A stretch of 64,000 nt of DNA, taken from the human T2T-CHM13v2.0 reference genome, Homo sapiens. Below are positions 56,771 to 64,000 of the stretch, piece after piece. The translations under genes were made by a program, and so were the position numbers. The stretch lies in NCBI RefSeq assembly GCF_009914755.1, contig NC_060930.1, one strand, 5' to 3'. Within the stretch, counting starts at the first letter, position 1, and each line of letters starts with the position of its first letter. Under the pieces are notes generated by a model. That model did not search any database, was not told where the DNA came from, and worked only from the letters and a program-made list of their open reading frames with translations.

Positions 56771-57602
56771 GTTTTAATTCTGATTATTGCCTTATGTATT
56801 TTTCCTGTGAATTCCTAAATATATCCATACCTTACATGGAAAAACACAACAGGATGTAGAGTGGTATAGTGGTGGCCTAGTGGGAAATGGTAAAATGAGT
56901 AGAGTACAGATTAAGGCAAAGTTAGCCTGCAGAGAATAGAAAAGTTTGGATGGCAGTATTTCAACTTACCATATCCAGTAGAATCTGACAAAGGCAGGTT
57001 TCATTTATACCATGACTATATCTATGAGTACTTTAGTAATGGTGCTGATGATCCACAGGGCCAAAGGAAGATCCTCTTTTTTATTTATAGCTGGGTGTCA
57101 GGCTTGTAGTTGTTGGGAAGTAGAGCAGACCTACTGTGTGATTTTAGTTGTAGTATCTGGCTAAGATCTTCAGGAGCCACTGCATCCGGCAGAAGCAGGA
57201 AAGAAGGACACCAAGTCCTGGCACATGGACTAGACTCACAGTGAAGCATTAGGGGAAAGGAAGGCATGTGATCCAGATTTAGTTGCCTGGGTTCTCACTC
57301 TAAGAACACAAAATACATGTTTTAGAAAAAGAAGGTTGATTTTCAGAACCACCTACTTGTGAGGATGGTGTTGTTATTGTATACTGCCAACACACAGAAT
57401 ATACTTAGAAACTTGTAGAACTGAGCTTGTTGGAAACTTGACTCAAGGCCTGAAGTTGAACAAGACGGGAGAAAGAACATAACACTCAAAACTCAGCATT
57501 ATTCAGTTATCTCCTGAGCAAACTTTGCCAAAATATTTATTCACTTCTCATTTAGTAAAAATAGCGTATTTAACATTATGTGGGTTTCAATAAGACATTT
57601 AA

Positions 57603-57716
57603 GGCCAGATGCAGTGGCTCATGCCTGTAATCCCAGCACTTTGGAATGCTGAGGTGGGAGGATGTCTTGAGCCTAGGAGTTCAAGTGAGAACCTGTCTTT
57701 ATAAAAAGAAAAAAAA
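57603..57716 (+). mobile_element. Alu left monomer (FLAM_C/AluJ) with a small internal deletion
   Basis: ggccagatgcagtggctcatgcctgtaatcccagcactttgg...A-tail. Confidence 0.9.
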
Positions 57717-57789
57717 GGAAATGAAATTTAAATAATCAATGAAAATATTTGGAATGAGAAAATACATTTTAAGTATTTTCTTTAAAATC

Positions 57790-59370
57790 AAAAGAGAAAA
57801 TTCAAGAGACTACTGAAATTATGGGAAATTATTATGACACTTTGAAAGGCAGGTTTACAGAAAATAAATCTATGAGTAATAAGCTAAAAATTGAAAAGGA
57901 ACTATTCAATTCACAATAGCAATGACAATTAAAAAGTGCTTAGGCACAAATTTAACAAGAAAAGTGTAGAATGCCTATAAAGAAAATCATGGAATCATAT
58001 TGAAGGATGTAAAAAATTTACAAATAGAAGCATGTTTCTTTTTCTTAGGTAACACACTTTGTATAAGAATTGTCAATGACCTTAAAGCTAATATATAAAT
58101 TTAGAAGTAATTCCAATTAAAATCCTAGCTGGAACTTTTTAATTATAAAATTATCTTAAAGATTAGGAAAGCATAATTATCTGATAATAACCAAGGCAAT
58201 TATCTTGGGGTGGGGGCATTGCATTACCTTAATACATACATGATTCCACATAGTCAAAATATTTTAGAATTGAAATTTAAAAAGACAAATATATAAGTAG
58301 ATATGGAACCCAGAAATAGAACCAAGTGTTATGGGAGTTTAATATATGAAAAACTTATTTCAATTCAAAAAGCAAAGAATTTATTTTTAACAATGCTGGT
58401 ATAAGTTGCTGTCCATGAAACAGGATATGTCATTGAATCTTTTCTTCACACAATAAACAATAGAGAATTCAAGGCTTATAAAAGTTTTTACATAAAAATA
58501 TAAAATAATAAATCTTAAACTTAGGAGAATATATGTATGACCTTGAGTTAGGCAGCCCTTCTTAATCAAAATTGGAAACTCAGAAACTACAGCATGAAAG
58601 AGCTCCATGATTGCCTTATTTGTTAAAATTAGTAATAATATTAGAATAAGGTAAAATATATCACAAACCAAATAAAGATAAATTATAATTTGAAGAAAAT
58701 ATTTACCAGGCACTTGACAAATTTAAAATGTAAATACTAAAAATAACCCAATAAAAAGAGCCAAAATGTTTCAGTAATCCATAGATGATTAAATCCAAAC
58801 AGCCAATACATTTATTAAAATGTCCTCTGTCTCACTAGTGTTTTGGGGAAAGTAAATTTTAAATCCATAATGAAGTTCAACTTCTTTACGATTAAACTGG
58901 AAAATATTAAAAGAGTGACAGCAACTGTGGCTGGTTGATATGAGAGGACAATAGTATTTTCACACTTTGCTGCTGGAAATACGAATTGTCACAGATGTTT
59001 GGAAAGCAATCTGTCAATAATTATTTAAAGTAAAAATAGGGATACCATTTGATCCAGCAACCTTACTTTTGAAAGTCAATCCCATGGAAATAAAAGCAGT
59101 AGGGTACAGATATGAAAAATAATTTTTGTTTATATCACTTATTATTATAAGTGAACAAAGGCAGATAACAAAATAGAAGTCTGTTAATAATGGTACAGTT
59201 AAATAAAATATATTACATTTACATTGCAGAATTCCAAAGAGCCTTTTTTCAGAAAATAGATTTTTGAACGCAGTTCAGCCATAGGGATTACAGGGATAGG
59301 ATTTTAAGTGAGAAAACAAGGTACAGAGAAGGACATATGATATGACTCCATTTGAGTAAAATCGACAATC
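57790..59370 (+). mobile_element. Old L1M ORF2 3' part plus 3' UTR
   Basis: cattcacaatagca-like, ggaacccagaaataga, accatttgatccagcaacc motifs. Confidence 0.8.
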
Positions 59371-59869
59371 ATTTGAAAACTCTCCAAAAAATCATTCTTA
59401 TAACTGCTCTGTGTTATTACCATGTGACCTAAAGTCTCAGTACTGGCAACTCATTTTTCCTCTGGGCCTTCAGATACCTTGCTTTTCCTACACTTCTACT
59501 ACGTATGATGGATGCTTTACTGATAGATAGCTGTTTAACTCACCATTGGTTTTGATATCTTCCCATAAGAAAATTACCTCAATGAGAATATAAGAAAAAA
59601 TGATTAAGAGCATGATAATATCCTAGATGGGTATGTAAGAAATGAGGTGTATAGCCATATGAAATCAGTATCTAGACTTAAGCAAATTATATACAATAAA
59701 ACTATTGAAAGATATATATAATAGTATATTACTGATAGATAATATTCAAGAACTGGATATAAAAGATAACTTTTAGAGATTAAAAAATCTAAATTTTTAA
59801 AAACAAACATAAAGTATATGAAAAATATATCTGGAAAATGTAGACAAGTAAATATAACATCCATTCTAG

Positions 59870-60590
59870 ATAATTTTCAAATGGGTGATTTAATTATGAC
59901 ACAATAATAAATGTCTATTCCATTGAAATATCAGAAGATAGTAAGGGTTCCTCCAGAATAAGTGATGTAAAACTAACCTCATTTCCTGACATGGGTATGT
60001 CGGGAGAATCCTAAATATAGAGTGTATTCATTTTCTCCAAGAATTTGACAAGGCCTATCATGTTATTCTGTGGTCAAGGTGGAGAAACATTGCAGAGTAG
60101 AAATTCTGTTAAATTTATTTAGAATTACTGAAATAGCCATTCCAAAAGGGTTAATTAGTGGATTCATGAAAACTTAGTTATGTTTTTGTGTTTTCTCATA
60201 GAAACATTCTTGTTCCTACATATCCCTGACATTAATTAATGTTGTACCTGAATATAAAACATGGAATACATGTTTATCAATTTTCTGAAAAACATAAAAC
60301 CTGAAGCGATACAATGTATATTAGTTGAAAAGATAAGAAAGAAAAGGATTTCTATTGTTCAGTTATGGAAGTCACGAGGGGTAGATATAAAGCTCCAGGC
60401 ATGGACTGATAGAATTAACTTCATATGTCTAAGATAAAAGAAATCTAACCTAAGCACAGTTAGTAAGGGGAAAAACAAACTCTTATCTTTAACTGATAGC
60501 TGGAATACAAGAACCTTCAAGTCAGAGGGTAAATGGCATGTTAAACATACCATGGTTAAATGTTACTTCATTGGCATGTCATCCAATAAA
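59870..60590 (+). mobile_element. L3/CR1 reverse-transcriptase region fragment
   Basis: ttctccaagaatttgacaagg (FSKAFDKV-like), ccaaaagggttaattagtgga. Confidence 0.6.
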
Positions 60591-61261
60591 AATAGTGCTG
60601 GATAAGGAGGAAGTTTCAAACTGTATACTACTCCCTGTCTTTGATTCTCAAACAACTCTTATTTACTTGTATTATTCATACCCAACTCAGGTGTTTTAGG
60701 TCAACTTCAGTAGCCTTGTATATTCTGGCTTGATAGTACCTTATTATTTCATTCCCAAGCCTTCCCAGATCCTGAATATCTATACATAGATATGAAGACT
60801 GGAAAACTTTTTGTGGGATGCTTGAAAACACAAATATAATCAAAATATTTACCCATTTCTTCCATAGGCTAAAACCACCTCAAAAAAGTAGGGAATGTCC
60901 CATGACCAAAATAATTCAAGTGCCATTTGGGTGGCCATTACCCAAAATGTAGAATAAACCATTACTGTTCTGGGTGGATGATGGACTCTGTTCTAGTTCA
61001 ATATTTCTTCTATTTTCTCTTTGATATGACTACCAAGGACATGAATTAACTTCCACTGATTTTCACAGAGTTCTTAATAGTATATTTAATGGAGTAATGA
61101 CAATTTTTCAAAATGTCTTTCCAAGACTAAAGCCAGGTTATTATATGCCTGGCTGGGTTCTCTTATTGTGGGGACTTCTGTTGTAAAAACAAATGTTGCT
61201 GACGCCTTCACTGTGGCCTCTAAAAATGTATGTGTATATCATCCATCAGACTGCCTGGCAC

Positions 61262-61750
61262 ATAGTAAGTGAGAGAAACCCAACTCAAACTTGAATTGAA
61301 AGAGAAAGAGCGAGAGAAAGTGTGTGTGTGAGAGAGAACTGTATTGCTTATAGTGATAAAAAATTCCAGTGGCATTTTGGCTTCATGCACATATACGTCC
61401 AGGTGTTCCAAAAGAGGCTCATGTTTCTATCTCTTTTTCTTGGTTCTGCTGCAATTTGTTATGGCTTCAGTTTCAGGCAGGTATTTTTCCATTTGTGGCA
61501 AAGAAAGGCACAAGCAACTCAAGTATGCTTTTATCAATCTTTTTCACTTTTTATTTTGTTTTACCTTTTACCAAACTCTGGGAAAGAAGCATCTCTTTTC
61601 TAACAGTTTCAGGAAAAGTCCTCTTGTTATTTTTGCTCTGCACATAATCCTACCTCTGAACCATCACTGTGACTCTTACTAACTGAATCTAAGTCACATG
61701 CACACATTTGAAGTCCAGGTCCTGTTCAGCCTTGCTCACATAAAAACTGG
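61262..61750 (-). mobile_element. Old MLT1 (J-like) LTR
   Basis: aagtgagagaaacccaactcaaact; ctctgaaccatcactgtg. Confidence 0.6.
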
Positions 61751-61769
61751 GTAGAGGAGATCCCATGTT

Positions 61770-63170
61770 GTGTTTCTAATATGATTATCTTCTGTGTTCC
61801 CTTAAGCTATTAGTGGAATCTATAACCTTGATCAGATTCAGGCTCCTGATATTGTCAAAGTTGCTTCAGAATAATTATAATATTGTCTGATTTTCTCTCT
61901 TTCTGATTATTGATTATTGGATTCAAATTTCTGATATGTCTAACATAAAGTTTCCCAACAGCTTTTCATCTAATGTTTTTAACAGCCTATTGATTATCAT
62001 TTCTTAAATCCTCTATTTCATTGAGTGGTAAAATAGTGAATTTAATTCTGTTATATCCCTTTCCTTTATCAGCTGCAATTTTTACATATGAAAGAATTCT
62101 TTCAGTTTTTTGGTTACCCTAAAGGACATTTGTGCTGGAAAAGGCAGGATAAATGCTTGATCTTTTCTCTGTTTACCAGTTTCTAGAAAAATTTGTTGAT
62201 TCCTTCCTACCCTACATAAATGACCAATAAGAGTTCTTTTTTTAGTATTATGAACTCAGAGATCTTTAACATATTTTGGTAACTTTCAATCCACTGCAGT
62301 TGTTATTTTTATTGATGTTTAAACTGTACTATATTTGGCAAGTGGAAGACTCTTCAAGTTAGTTCCTGTCTTCTTTTGACATACCAGTTGTTTTTTGTTT
62401 TGTTTTGTTTTGTTTTTCTTTCTGGTGAGGCAAAACTTGTCTTGTTTATTTCTTGTCCTAGAGCTGGAATCAAACATTTCTCTAAGAAGCTTTAGTTCTT
62501 TCAGTGGAAAATAATATTTACAGAGCACAATATTAATGTGGCCATGAGCCAAAGAAAGTAGATAGCCTCTTGAGCTGGAAAAGGCAAGGAAAGAGATTCT
62601 GTTCTCGAGCCTCCGGAGCCCCATGGACCCAATTTAGATTTCTGACTTCTAGAACTATAAGACAATACGTTTTTGTGCTTTTAAACCCCTAAATTTCAGG
62701 TAATTTGTTGCAGTAAGAAACTAACACACTAATGATATCAACATGATTTCTTACCATATGTGTGTGTGTGCATATGCACATATACTTGTAAAACCAACAT
62801 GCTAATGTTGTAATGATATTAATATTAACATGATTATGAAAACAGATTTATAAGAGTTTTTAAAAATATATTTGATCTTAGAATATAAATCTTGTGAAGG
62901 ACGTATAGTCAATTACTTATTTTTAATTTCTTTTCAAATAATTTCTCTAATGCATTTAAGCTACCAACTGCATACAATATTAGCTTTATTTGCTTCATTT
63001 TGCTTTTAATTTTTTATGAAATGCTTTATTTGTCTCATTTTGTTTTGCTGTTGGTTTGTAATTATATATGTTGTTTTTTCATTATGTTTTCAAAGTCAAA
63101 CATAAAAACAAGACACTTTTTGGAGAAGTCTGTATTCAGTTCTTGTCTCCTTCATTTGGAATATCCTTCC
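61770..63170 (-). mobile_element. L1MC4/5 3' region, interrupted by MLT1D
   Basis: gaaaaggcaggataaatgcttga, tttggcaagtggaagactcttcaagtt, gctggaatcaaacatttctctaagaagc. Confidence 0.7.
62536..62728 (+). mobile_element. MLT1D LTR 3' half
   Basis: gctggaaaaggcaaggaaagagattct...gacttctagaactataagacaata...ctaacaca. Confidence 0.8.
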
Positions 63171-64000
63171 CCAACTAGCATTTCCACTTACATTACTGGT
63201 TCAACAAGATGGAAATATTTTCTGCTTTTCTATCTCACAGTATGATTTTCCTCTTCAAGTTTATTTTTTTTTAATTACTATTTTCTGTTTTCCAAGGGAG
63301 TTGTTCTAGAGATTGTATCTTATTCCCCTTATCTCCTTCTTATTTCCCCTCATGAACCAAATCTTTTGTTATTAGCATGTCCACTGATGACTCCTTTTAT
63401 CCTTCTTTTTTTTTCAATCATCCACAGAGCATTTTTAATATCTATTAGTAAAGTATATGCAAATGCCTGAAAACTGACTACATAGCTTGACACGTCATTC
63501 AGCCTAACAAATCATCCATGGGGTGGGAGATATGCAGGGCTCAATAGTATTCAGCCATCCCAACAAGTGAAGAGGAATTGGATATCATTTATTTCAAAGA
63601 GTGCTATTTCTTCCTTCTACTTTATCAGATATATTCCTTTTACTTCTTTCAATGTCAATGAATGCTCTCTATCTTTACAAATACTTCCCATCCTTCCCAG
63701 GACCTAACATTTTAAGGTGAAAGAACGGATTGGAGTGTGATTTAAAATTATTATTTGGATTTTACTCTGATCGATGTCTCTCTTTGTTTTCTTTATTTTC
63801 TTTCCTCTTTCTTCCACATACAGAAGAATTTTATTCAAAATTAAAACAAGTGACATAATAAATCATGTTTAATATCTATGAAAGTCTCAACAACTCCCTC
63901 TCAATACATTTTCTTTTCTAACCTTGTATATTCTACAATTGTACTATAATATACCCTTATACCCAGGCTTAGAAATTCAAATCAGCTGCATTACCATTTG

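Noticed and set aside
57149-57168. TGTAGTATCTGGCTAAGATC, two 11-mers of U2 snRNA in permuted order
   Set aside because: Only 20 nt, no TSD or tail, and noticed after the fact; treated as coincidence

Overview
AT-rich, CpG-poor primate genomic DNA. It is almost certainly human, because one Alu carries all five AluYa5 diagnostic changes. The window is intronic or intergenic, and I cannot name the locus. I find no credible protein-coding sequence, CpG island, tRNA, rRNA or CRISPR array; the ORF track is explained by Alu, THE1, L1, Hsmar2 and low-complexity read-through or by chance. About half the window is recognisable interspersed repeat: Alus and monomers, MIR, L2, L3/CR1, old L1/HAL1, MaLR elements (a full-length THE1D, a 3'-truncated THE1A, a solo THE1C/D, several MLT1), ERV1 solo LTRs, hAT MITEs and an Hsmar2 mariner fragment. 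The best observations are: (1) a nested insertion stack at 17.0-19.0 kb, where one MLT1C LTR was hit by two ERV1 LTRs and an AluYa5, and one ERV1 LTR holds a ~35-nt 3'-truncated U2 snRNA retrocopy with its own target-site duplication (TSD); (2) THE1A LTRs with DUX4-type motifs and a splice donor upstream of a well-bounded candidate non-coding exon; (3) several candidate exons, including a 63-nt minus-strand one with strong splice sites; (4) a compact ARE/AP-1/ETS motif cluster. I see no evidence for a new multi-gene biological system. Subfamily names come from recalled consensus sequences, not a RepeatMasker run, and the ends of old elements are approximate.
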